Below, in pieces: positions 8,818 to 16,838 of a stretch of 64,000 bases of DNA (positions within the stretch are counted from its first letter, which is position 1; the number at the start of each line of letters is the position of its first letter). Under the pieces are notes generated by a model, which made no database searches, had not been told where the DNA came from, and saw nothing but the letters and a program-made list of their open reading frames with translations. The stretch comes from a virus. Both the position numbers and the translations under genes were made by a program. Location of the stretch: IMG/VR virus record IMGVR_UViG_3300045988_167582; one strand, 5' to 3'.

Positions 8818-9488
8818 TGGATTTAAGCAAATCTTATGATTTTTTTCAGCCTGAAAAGGACGACGCCCGTATCCATATTGTTGGGTGCGGCTCTGTTGGT
8901 TCCACCATTGCGGAAAACTTGGCTCGCTGTGGTGTAACAAAGATGACCCTGTGGGATTTTGATAAGGTTGAAGCCCACAATATTGTCAATCAGATGTTCC
9001 GACAGCAGGATGTCGGTAAGTTAAAGGTCGAAGCTCTTAAAGATATTCTGAGCGACATCAACCCCGACATCATCGATGATGTCGAACTCAAACCTGACGG
9101 CTGGAAAGGAAGGCTTATGTCCGGCTACATCTTCCTCTGTGTGGACAGTATTGAGCTACGCAGAGAAATTGTCGAGAAGCATATGGATAGTCCATATGTA
9201 AAAGCGGTATTTGATTTTCGTACACTTCTTGAAAGTGCGCAGCACTACGCCGCTGACTGGTCGGATTATAAAATGAAAAAGGACTTATTGAAGTCCATGC
9301 AGTTCTCGCACGAAGAAGCCGCCGTGGAAACTCCAGTATCGGCTTGCGGGGTCACGCTCGGAGTTGCGACGACAGTGCGTGCGGTTTGCGCTATTGGTGT
9401 TGCGAACTTTATCAGGTTCTCCAAGGGTCAGGGCATTAAGAAGTTTATGAACATTGACCTGAGTACATTCATGCTTGACGCTTTTTAA
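8814..9488 (+). CDS. E1-like ThiF/MoeB-fold (Rossmann) protein
   Basis: IHIVGCGSVGSTIAENLARCGV ... LWDFDKVEAHNIVNQMF resembles the GxGxxG plus DxDxV..N..RQ nucleotide-binding core of ThiF/E1 adenylyltransferases. Confidence 0.7.
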   Translation: MMDLSKSYDFFQPEKDDARIHIVGCGSVGSTIAENLARCGVTKMTLWDFDKVEAHNIVNQMFRQQDVGKLKVEALKDILSDINPDIIDDVELKPDGWKGRLMSGYIFLCVDSIELRREIVEKHMDSPYVKAVFDFRTLLESAQHYAADWSDYKMKKDLLKSMQFSHEEAAVETPVSACGVTLGVATTVRAVCAIGVANFIRFSKGQGIKKFMNIDLSTFMLDAF

Positions 9489-9504
9489 CAGATAAACGAA
9501 CTTA

Positions 9505-9758
9505 GACTGTAATGAAATGTGTTTCTTTGAAACAGCTTTTCGCTGTCAGCAAAAGTAACAACTTGAGAGGAAAATGGTAGCCCCAAGGAGGTGTCTTCTT
9601 CGAAGGTGGGGACTGTACACTCCGGAAATCACGAGGACATTAACCATCAGATGTAAGAATATTCCATTGTCCCGCAATAAGTCATCAAATAAGAAAGCCA
9701 TCAGTGCCGGTTCCCAGACTCGAATCGACGCCCGCTTCTATCTATAATGATTACAGTC
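9505..9758 (+). ncRNA. retron-like structured RNA element, copy A (directly upstream of the RT)
   Basis: Ends pair (gactgtaat 9505-9513 with attacagtc 9750-9758); G at 9514; conserved hairpin cttttcGCTGTCAGCaaaag at 9536-9555; G at 9749 precedes the 3' strand. Confidence 0.6.
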
Positions 9759-9779
9759 AAACATAAAGGAGGTATCCGC

Positions 9780-10922
9780 GTGGTTTATATCACAGTAAAG
9801 CAACCACCAATGTATAGACAAATGACATTGGAAGAGCTTCTTTTTGGAACGGAAATTAAACCTTCCATAGTAAACAACAACATAACAAACACGCATACAT
9901 ATGTTGTTGACAGAGTAAACGATAAATATCGCAAGCGAATCGATGTCGATAAGATGATTGAAAAGCTTGCACAATTCAATCAGCAAACAGAATCGCTCAG
10001 AGTGCATCAGCCACGCACAGATTTATATTATACATTCCATATTCCTAAGAAAAGCGGCGGGCTTCGGCGTATCGATGCTCCGAACGATGAGCTGAAGAAC
10101 GCACTTAGAAATTTGAAAGAGATATTCGAGAATGATTTCGGATGCCTGTATCACACAAGTGCGTTTGCATATATAAAAGGACGCGGAACAATTCCTTCGG
10201 TTAAACGACATCAGGCAAATGAGTCCAAGTGGTTTGGAAAATATGACCTTTCTAACTTCTTTGGAAGTACAACGCCTGACTTCATTATGAAGATGTTTTC
10301 AATGATTTTCCCTTTCTCGGAAATCGTTAAGACGAGTGATGGTAAGGCAGAACTCAGTAAAGCACTCGACCTTGCCTTTTTGAACGGAGGTCTTCCGCAG
10401 GGAACGCCGCTTTCGCCGACGCTGACAAACATTATGATGATTCCGATTGACCATAAGTTATCCAATGGACTGCGTAACTTCAATAATCAGTCCTTTGTTT
10501 ACACAAGGTACGCGGATGATTTTCTTGTATCCTCAAAATACGAGTTTAAGTTTATGGATGTAGAAAAATTCATCGTTGATGTGTTGGCAGAGTTTGGTGC
10601 CCCGTTCACAATCAAGACAGCCAAAACCAGATACGGCTCGTCTGCCGGTTCCAATTGGAACCTCGGAGTTATGCTGAATAAGGATAACAACATCACAATC
10701 GGTCATAAAAAGAAAAGACAGTTTCAAGCAATGCTCAGTTCATATGTCCTTGATAAACAGAACGGGCATCCGTGGGATAGAACCGATATCCAGACCTTAG
10801 AGGGTTATCGGAATTATTATCGCATGGTAGAGGGAGAGACTATCGATAAAATTGTCGAGCACATTGGAGAGAAGTATCATATTGATATAGTTGCTTCCCT
10901 TCATGACGATTTACGAACATAA
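9780..10922 (+). CDS. reverse transcriptase, retron/group-II-like RVT_1 type, stand-alone
   Basis: YYTFHIPKKSGGLRRIDAPNDELK, KYDLSNFFGS, GLPQGTPLSPTLTN, YTRYADDFLVSS. GTG at 9780 lies 7 nt after aggagg; alternative starts are ATG 9747 (inside the RNA stem) and ATG 9810. Confidence 0.9.
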   Translation: MVYITVKQPPMYRQMTLEELLFGTEIKPSIVNNNITNTHTYVVDRVNDKYRKRIDVDKMIEKLAQFNQQTESLRVHQPRTDLYYTFHIPKKSGGLRRIDAPNDELKNALRNLKEIFENDFGCLYHTSAFAYIKGRGTIPSVKRHQANESKWFGKYDLSNFFGSTTPDFIMKMFSMIFPFSEIVKTSDGKAELSKALDLAFLNGGLPQGTPLSPTLTNIMMIPIDHKLSNGLRNFNNQSFVYTRYADDFLVSSKYEFKFMDVEKFIVDVLAEFGAPFTIKTAKTRYGSSAGSNWNLGVMLNKDNNITIGHKKKRQFQAMLSSYVLDKQNGHPWDRTDIQTLEGYRNYYRMVEGETIDKIVEHIGEKYHIDIVASLHDDLRT

Positions 10923-10928
10923 CAAAGA

Positions 10929-11194
10929 TTTCTGTAATGAATATCCATTTTTATGGGGCTTTTTGCTGTAAGCGGAAGTGACGCGATGGTAAGGGAAAAG
11001 ACGCAGGGAACTGGCACGCAAATCAATCCCTCCTCGCAGAGATGACCAGCGAACAAATCAATACACAAGAAATGAGCTGTTGCTACACAACAGTCCAATC
11101 CGTCAGCAAGCAACAAATACACCTGCACCTCGCTTCCGAGGCGCCTGAGCCGCACCGGTATCCCGCCTGCTGCTGACATTGTAGATTACAGAAA
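10929..11194 (+). ncRNA. retron-like structured RNA element, copy B
   Basis: tttctgtaat 10929-10938 pairs with attacagaaa 11185-11194; G at 10939; hairpin ctttttGCTGTAAGCggaag at 10959-10978; G at 11184. Confidence 0.6.
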
Positions 11195-11204
11195 CAACTA
11201 AAAT

Positions 11205-11472
11205 GGATAAGCTGATAATGCAATTGCTTTGCCTATGCAAACGCGCTCTTTGCTGTCAGTGAGAGTAACAACTTGAGAAGAAAATAGAGGATGAAGAAGA
11301 CGACAGAATAAAATTAAAGAATATATCAAGTAATCCAAATAACTTGGTGTAGACCCTGAAGACATTGTCCCACAACAACACACTGAACTATCCTCTGGAT
11401 TTCCTCATCTGGAACACCGGTACCTGCATCCCAGTTTTGTGCAGCTGTTCCCTTGTAGATTATCACTTATCC
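11205..11472 (+). ncRNA. retron-like structured RNA element, copy C
   Basis: ggataag(c)tgataat 11205-11219 pairs with attatcacttatcc 11459-11472; G at 11220; hairpin ctctttGCTGTCAGTgagag at 11246-11265. About 40 nt after the hairpin is near-identical to copy A. Confidence 0.6.
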
Positions 11473-11914
11473 AACAAAAGAATTGTTCCTTTTAAGGAGC
11501 TCCCGAAAATCTATTGTAACACAATAGGTTTTCGAGAATTCTACAACCGCCGAGGTTGTAAAACGCTATATTGCTCTGATGCCAGAGCTTTATAAACCCT
11601 CCCGAAAGCGCACCGGCAAACTATGAATTGGCAATCGACTCATAGGTAAGAAACGACAGGTAATGAGCCGACCTATCTGGATTGCGTCCAGACAACGCAA
11701 GTTGGTCGAAATTCGGGAGATATATTTTTAATGCTTTAAGACGAGGTGAAAAATATTCGCACGGATATACTTGAAAGAAAGACGGAAATCCTCAAATCCT
11801 CAATTGGATAAATGAGAAAAAGACCAAAGCTTTTATAAGTCGTCAATTATTGTGTCCAAATTGTCACGCGGTACAAAATCTCATGATGATTCGAGGCGAA
11901 TTTATAATAAGAAT

Positions 11915-11987
11915 GTGGGCTAAACGAGAACATAGTTAATAATGTGCCCATTAGGGCGTGTAAGTTCAAGTCTCATTGCCCACACCA
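11915..11987 (+). other. degenerate tRNA-like sequence (possible tRNA pseudogene)
   Basis: 73 nt ending in acca; acceptor gtgggc/gcccac and a TTCAAGT T-loop are present, but I cannot fold a proper D arm or 7-nt anticodon loop. Confidence 0.3.
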
Positions 11988-11990
11988 CTT

Positions 11991-12065
11991 GGCGCTATCG
12001 TCTAATCGGTCAGGACATCGCTCCTTCAAGGCGGGAATATGGGTTCAACCCCGTTAGCGTCACCA
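11991..12065 (+). tRNA. tRNA-Glu (anticodon TTC), CCA encoded, non-canonical details
   Basis: Acceptor ggcgcta/tagcgtc, D loop with GG, anticodon loop ccttcaa. By my fold, position 33 is C and the T-loop has 6 nt. Confidence 0.6.
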
Positions 12066-12070
12066 TTTAT

Positions 12071-12147
12071 GTGGGTATAGCTCAACTGGTAGAGCACCTC
12101 TCTTTTAATGAGGGAGTCCGGCGTTCGAGGTCGCCGTACCCACACCA
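12071..12147 (+). tRNA. tRNA-Lys (anticodon TTT), CCA encoded
   Basis: Acceptor gtgggta/tacccac, D arm gctc-aactggta-gagc, anticodon loop cttttaa. T stem cggcg/cgccg has an 8-nt loop by my fold. Confidence 0.75.
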
Positions 12148-12238
12148 TGCGTGAGTTATGGTTTTCTCACGCATTCTCTCTGCTACCCTCCCGTCATGCA
12201 CGGGAGGGTTAACTAATAATTCAGGAGGTAGGTTTAGT

Positions 12239-12982
12239 ATGAGTTCACTCATTAAGTGTCCGCATTGCAATAAAGAATTCAACAACGAGCCTCTGGAGGA
12301 AGTGCTAAATCCTACTGTGAATATTATAAAGCATTCCACAGAGCGTAGTTCGTGGCATGATATTGCGGATATGATTCATGTAGGCGAGTATTATAGGATG
12401 TTCGATGTAGGAGATTCGATTTCCTGTACGCTGAAAGATGGGAAAAGAATTGATATCGATGTTGCCGCTGCCAATCCGTTTGGAGATAATCAGGTTGCTT
12501 TTTGTTTCCATGATTGCTTAAACGACGCTTCAATGAATCGCACAAATACAAATCGCGGTGGATTTTGCGAATCAAAAATGCAGGACTACCTCAATAACGA
12601 TATATTCAATTTACTTCCGGATGACCTTAAGGAAGTAATCACTGCAAGAAAAATTGTCCAAACCATTAGAAGTGCGGAATTCAGCGCAGAATGTAAGCTT
12701 TGGCTCCCGTCGCTTTACGAGGTTTATGGTGAAGTATATACCAGATATAATTGCGAGTCCAATGAAAAGCAGTTTGAATTATTCCAAAACCCGAGGAATC
12801 GTATCAAGTTTAGACGCGGTGCTTCTGGAGAAGATTATAGCCATAGCCTTTACTGGTGGCTACGCTCGCCCAGTGTCAGCAACTTTACCACCTTCTGGGG
12901 TGTCAACTACTATGGCAGCTGCGGCAGCGGCTTCGGAGACGCCAGCAATACGCTTGGCGTCTGCCCCTGCTTCTTAATCTGA
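12239..12982 (+). CDS. hypothetical protein, paralogous in its C-terminal half to 35196..35753
   Basis: caggagg RBS; N-terminal CPHC zinc knuckle; C-terminal YWWLRSPS ... GVCPCFLI resembles WTLTPWS ... GVAPVVLF in the paralog. Possibly a DUF6273-like family (from memory only). Confidence 0.65.
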   Translation: MSSLIKCPHCNKEFNNEPLEEVLNPTVNIIKHSTERSSWHDIADMIHVGEYYRMFDVGDSISCTLKDGKRIDIDVAAANPFGDNQVAFCFHDCLNDASMNRTNTNRGGFCESKMQDYLNNDIFNLLPDDLKEVITARKIVQTIRSAEFSAECKLWLPSLYEVYGEVYTRYNCESNEKQFELFQNPRNRIKFRRGASGEDYSHSLYWWLRSPSVSNFTTFWGVNYYGSCGSGFGDASNTLGVCPCFLI

Positions 12983-13045
12983 AAATTGGTATACATTTAT
13001 ATTTGGCGGCTTGCCCGCCAGCAACATGAAATATGAGGTGTAGTT

Positions 13046-15082
13046 ATGGGATTTGTTGATTTTAGAACAAAAATTCAGGAACAATTCAATTCGATGGCGG
13101 AGAATTCTGCGCGGTTATTTGTCGTCGATGTCAATAAGGACGAAATGTGGAATTTGTATTTAGACAGCTTTCCTGTCGGTACAAACAATATTTATCGTGA
13201 GCGAAGAGAACACGACTGCTCTTGTTGCAGACAGTTTATCAAGCAGATTGGCAACGTTGTTGCCATCAACAATGGTGAGGTTTCTTCCATTTGGGATATT
13301 GATATGTCGGATGCAACCTATCAGACAGTTGCAAAGGCAATGTCGGAGTATATTAAGTCTAAGACTGTCGTAAATGTCTTTTTCTGTAAAGAGAGCAGAG
13401 TCGGAACGATGCATAATTTCGAACTGTTACCTACCGGAGAAAGTAAGAAATGGGAGCATTTTTACGCTGAAATTCCTGCGATTGCGCTTGAAAGAAGACG
13501 CTCTATCGGAGATGTTCAGGGCGAGTTTAGGTCTACTAAGGATGTTTTTAAGCGCTCTCTCGAAGAAATTACTGAGGAAAGCGTGATAACCGTTCTTGAA
13601 CTGATTTCTCAGCGTTCTCTTTATAGAGGAGAAGAGTGGAAGAACCCGCTTAATATTTTCCTTGAGTATAAGCGAGCTTATTCAGCTCTGCCCGACACGC
13701 AAAAGGACTTATACGCATGGGAAAAATCTGTTAAGGCAGGCGGAGCGATTGGTCGCATCCGCAATCACAGTATCGGTACGCTCCTTGTAAATATCAGCGA
13801 GGGTATGGAACTTGATTTAGCCGTTCGTAAATACGAACAAATAGTTGCTCCTGTAAATTATAAACGTCCCAAGGCGATTTTCACAAAGAAGATGTTAGAA
13901 GAGGCGCAAAAGACAATCGAAGAACTGGGGTATATGTCTGCTCTCGGTCGTCGGTTTGCAACTCTTGACGATATTACCGCAAACAACATTCTGTTTTCAA
14001 ATAAAGACTCCGCAAGACGCATTACGGGAGTCTCTATTTTCGACGAGATGAAAAAAGACATTCCTGTGAACCCGAAAAAGTTTTCGAGAATCGAGGAAAT
14101 CGCTATTTCGGATTTTGTGTCCGATGTCCTGCCAAACGCACAGGAAGTCGAGCTGTTCCTCGAGAGCCGTCATTCCGGTAATCTGGTGTCTCTCATCTCT
14201 CCAAAGGATAAGACGAGCAAGAGTATGTTCAAGTGGAACAACGGGTTTAGCTGGACGTATACAGGAAACATTGCAGACAGCACGATGAAAGAAAATGTTA
14301 AGGCTGCCGGTGGTAAGGTTGATGGCGTGCTGCGTTTTTCAATTCAGTGGAATGACGAGGACTATAATCCTAATGACTTCGATGCTCACTGCACCCAACC
14401 TAATGGCAATCATATTTACTTCGGCTCCAAACATGACGCTCGCACGAGCGGCGAACTCGATGTTGATATTATCAATCCGACCCGTAATAAGGCAGCGGTT
14501 GAGAATATTACTTGGCTGAGTAAGGGACGAATGCCGAAGGGTACATATCGGTTCTTTGTTAATTGTTATAGTAACAGAGGTGGCAGAAGCGGATTCAAAG
14601 CGGAAATTGAGTTCGACGGTCAGATTTTTTCCTTTGATTACAACAAAGAGCTTCGCACAGGTGAAAATGTTTATGTTGCGGATGTTGAATTCGACGGTGA
14701 AAACTTCCGCCTTATCGAGAAACTTTCGTCCGGTGTGTCTACCCGTGACCTCTGGGGGCTTAAAACAAACCAGTTTATTCCGATTTCTGTGATTTGCTAT
14801 TCACCGAACTACTGGGACGAGCAGACTGGTGTGGGTAATCGCCACTACTTCTTTATGTTAAAGGATTGTGTTAATCCGGAGAGACCGAACGGTATGTTCA
14901 ATGAATATCTCAAGGAAGAACTGTTAAAACATAAGCGCGTTTTCGAGGCGCTTGGTAGCAAAATGGCTGTTGAAGACTCTGCCGACCAGTTATCCGGTGT
15001 GGGATTTTCATCTACACGCAGAAATGATGTTGTTGTCAGGGTAAAAGGTGCTACCGAAAGAGTACTCAAAATTAAATTTTAA
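13046..15082 (+). CDS. large hypothetical protein (678 aa)
   Basis: Uninterrupted ORF with a gaggtg RBS; no catalytic motif recognised. The C-terminal third (LRFSIQWND...DFDAHC...LDVDIINP...) looks like a beta-sandwich module. Confidence 0.8.
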   Translation: MGFVDFRTKIQEQFNSMAENSARLFVVDVNKDEMWNLYLDSFPVGTNNIYRERREHDCSCCRQFIKQIGNVVAINNGEVSSIWDIDMSDATYQTVAKAMSEYIKSKTVVNVFFCKESRVGTMHNFELLPTGESKKWEHFYAEIPAIALERRRSIGDVQGEFRSTKDVFKRSLEEITEESVITVLELISQRSLYRGEEWKNPLNIFLEYKRAYSALPDTQKDLYAWEKSVKAGGAIGRIRNHSIGTLLVNISEGMELDLAVRKYEQIVAPVNYKRPKAIFTKKMLEEAQKTIEELGYMSALGRRFATLDDITANNILFSNKDSARRITGVSIFDEMKKDIPVNPKKFSRIEEIAISDFVSDVLPNAQEVELFLESRHSGNLVSLISPKDKTSKSMFKWNNGFSWTYTGNIADSTMKENVKAAGGKVDGVLRFSIQWNDEDYNPNDFDAHCTQPNGNHIYFGSKHDARTSGELDVDIINPTRNKAAVENITWLSKGRMPKGTYRFFVNCYSNRGGRSGFKAEIEFDGQIFSFDYNKELRTGENVYVADVEFDGENFRLIEKLSSGVSTRDLWGLKTNQFIPISVICYSPNYWDEQTGVGNRHYFFMLKDCVNPERPNGMFNEYLKEELLKHKRVFEALGSKMAVEDSADQLSGVGFSSTRRNDVVVRVKGATERVLKIKF

Positions 15083-15097
15083 GAAGGAGTAATTGAT

Positions 15098-15484
15098 ATG
15101 AATACAGAAAAAATGTTTGAAACAGCTGTAAGAAATAAAATGAGATTTCCCTATAAAGGTCAGATTTCTGTCGAAGACCTGTGGGATTTAGATGTCAACG
15201 CACTCGACGGCATTTTTAAGACCTTAAACAGCAAAGTCAAGGTTAGTCAGGAAGAAAGCTTACTCAGAACTCGTTCTAAGGAGAGCGAGGAACTGATGGT
15301 GCAGATTGAAATCGTGAAATATATCGTATCTGTGAAGCTTGCCGAGATTGAGGCGCGAAAAAATGCGGAAGCGAATCGTGCAAAGAGACAGCAGATTCTC
15401 GGAATTCTTGCCGATAAGCAGGAAAGTGACCTCAAAAATAAGAGTCCTGAAGAGTTACAAGCAATGCTCGCGGCGTTGGAGTAA
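15098..15484 (+). CDS. hypothetical coiled-coil protein (128 aa)
   Basis: aaggag RBS; charged heptad-like C-terminal half. Confidence 0.7.
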   Translation: MNTEKMFETAVRNKMRFPYKGQISVEDLWDLDVNALDGIFKTLNSKVKVSQEESLLRTRSKESEELMVQIEIVKYIVSVKLAEIEARKNAEANRAKRQQILGILADKQESDLKNKSPEELQAMLAALE

Positions 15485-15496
15485 GGGAGGCTTTTC

Positions 15497-16030
15497 ATGA
15501 AAACTCTCATTGTGATTGATGTGCAAAATGATTTTATCACAGGAGCACTTGGCTCGAAAGAGGCTGTAAATATTTTGCCGAACATCAAGAAGAAAATCGA
15601 AGCGTATATTGACGCCGGTGATGAAGTAATTTTCACTCGTGATACGCATGGCGAAGCTTACCTTGACACCAATGAAGGAAAACATCTTCCGATTCCTCAC
15701 TGCATCAAAGGAACAGATGGCTGGCAGATTGTCAAGGAAATCGACCGTCCTGAATGTGAGCATATTGATAAGTTCACATTCGGATATCCCGATTGGGATA
15801 TCTCTGCTTCTGATGATGGAAGCTTTTCAGACCGTAATTTTAGTGAAATTGAAATAATCGGTGTCTGCACCGATATTTGCGTGATTTCTAATGCCCTGAT
15901 TCTCAAGGCGCTTTTTCCGGAAATTGATATTACCGTTGATGCGAGTTGCTGTGCAGGAGTCACTCCCGAGACTCACAAGGCGGCGCTCACCGCTATGAAA
16001 TCATGTCAAATCAATATTGTTGGAGAGTGA
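15497..16030 (+). CDS. pncA: isochorismatase-fold cysteine hydrolase, nicotinamidase (PncA)-like
   Basis: LIVIDVQNDF at the N-terminus and IIGVCTDICV (catalytic Cys context) are typical of nicotinamidases. Confidence 0.8.
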   Translation: MKTLIVIDVQNDFITGALGSKEAVNILPNIKKKIEAYIDAGDEVIFTRDTHGEAYLDTNEGKHLPIPHCIKGTDGWQIVKEIDRPECEHIDKFTFGYPDWDISASDDGSFSDRNFSEIEIIGVCTDICVISNALILKALFPEIDITVDASCCAGVTPETHKAALTAMKSCQINIVGE

Positions 16031-16034
16031 TTAA

Positions 16035-16838
16035 GTGTTAAAAGTTAATTGCAAACCGGTTGAATTAAACAAATTTCCGGACGGTACTTTTTTGATTAAG
16101 GAGAAACCGTCCGGCGATAGGGCTCTTATCTCGTGGAAGTTTGAAAATAATGAGGAGCTTGTTGCACTGATTTATATTACTCATCATCTGCGTGCCCACG
16201 GCGTTAAGACAATTCATTTGTTTATGCCGTATATCCCCAATGCACGGCAGGACAGGGTAAAAACAGATGAGGATGTATTTACACTCAAATATTTTGCTTG
16301 GGTTGTTAATTCTTTGGAGTTTGATAAGGTCATGGTGGTAGACCCCCATTCATCTGTATCTGAGGCTTTGATTGAGCGTATAAAGATTATATCTCCCGCC
16401 GATTTAATCAACATCGCTTACAATCGTGTCTGTGAGGAATGCTCGTGTGGAGATAATGATGTCTTGATGTTCTATCCTGACGAAGGCGCGATGAAACGAT
16501 ATTCCGGAATGATTTCGGCGCCCTATGCTTTCGGCATTAAAGAGCGCGACTGGGCTACTGGAAAGATTAAAGGATTATCTGTTTTTGAGGGTGAGAGCTC
16601 CGTCAAAGGCAAGAACATCCTGATTGTTGATGACATCAGTAGTCGAGGCGGAACCTTCTACCACAGCGCCAAAAAACTTAAAGAACTCGGCGCTGAGAAG
16701 GTATTTCTTTATGTAACGCACTGTGAAAACACAATCCTCGAAGGCGAGGTTTTATCCAGTGGGCTGATTGAGAAGGTTTATACCACGGACAGCCTGCTTA
16801 CGATAAAACACGAAAAGATTGAGGTGATGGAGCTGTGA
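16035..16838 (+). CDS. ribose-phosphate pyrophosphokinase (Prs)-family protein; possibly an Adps-type enzyme
   Basis: GTG start; NILIVDDISSRGGTFYHSAKKLKELGA is the PRPP-synthetase/PRTase ribose-phosphate loop. Confidence 0.8.
   Translation: MLKVNCKPVELNKFPDGTFLIKEKPSGDRALISWKFENNEELVALIYITHHLRAHGVKTIHLFMPYIPNARQDRVKTDEDVFTLKYFAWVVNSLEFDKVMVVDPHSSVSEALIERIKIISPADLINIAYNRVCEECSCGDNDVLMFYPDEGAMKRYSGMISAPYAFGIKERDWATGKIKGLSVFEGESSVKGKNILIVDDISSRGGTFYHSAKKLKELGAEKVFLYVTHCENTILEGEVLSSGLIEKVYTTDSLLTIKHEKIEVMEL

Noticed and set aside
9505-11472. Diversity-generating retroelement (template/variable repeat pair) as the explanation for the RT.
   Set aside because: The RT has the QGxxxSP-type motif (LPQGTPLSP) rather than the DGR-type fingers motif. 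The only near-identical repeat pair (copies A and C) is non-coding. The differences between them are not adenine-specific and include compensatory stem changes.
9505-11472. Group II intron as the explanation for the RT and the flanking structure.
   Set aside because: The RT is short, with no maturase X, DNA-binding or En domains. I see no domain V/VI-like sequence. The flanking elements are separate, repeated units, each closed by its own end pairing.
11365-11595. A 76-aa + strand ORF inside and after RNA element C.
   Set aside because: It has no RBS. It starts inside the conserved RNA structure and its translation is low-complexity, so the RNA interpretation is favoured.
12071-12147. An alternative register of the anticodon stem would give anticodon TTA, an ochre suppressor.
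   Set aside because: That register needs two nucleotides between the D and anticodon stems. The canonical register gives the standard tRNA-Lys loop CTTTTAA. No in-frame TAA codons are evident in the long genes.
13046-15082. Could the 678-aa protein be a Ro/TROVE-type RNA-binding protein, with the repeated RNA elements as its Y-RNA-like partners?
   Set aside because: The sequence does not look like an all-helical HEAT-type TROVE domain. The RNA closing stems lack the conserved Ro-binding helix. The clustering of the elements around the RT is the stronger association. This remains untested.
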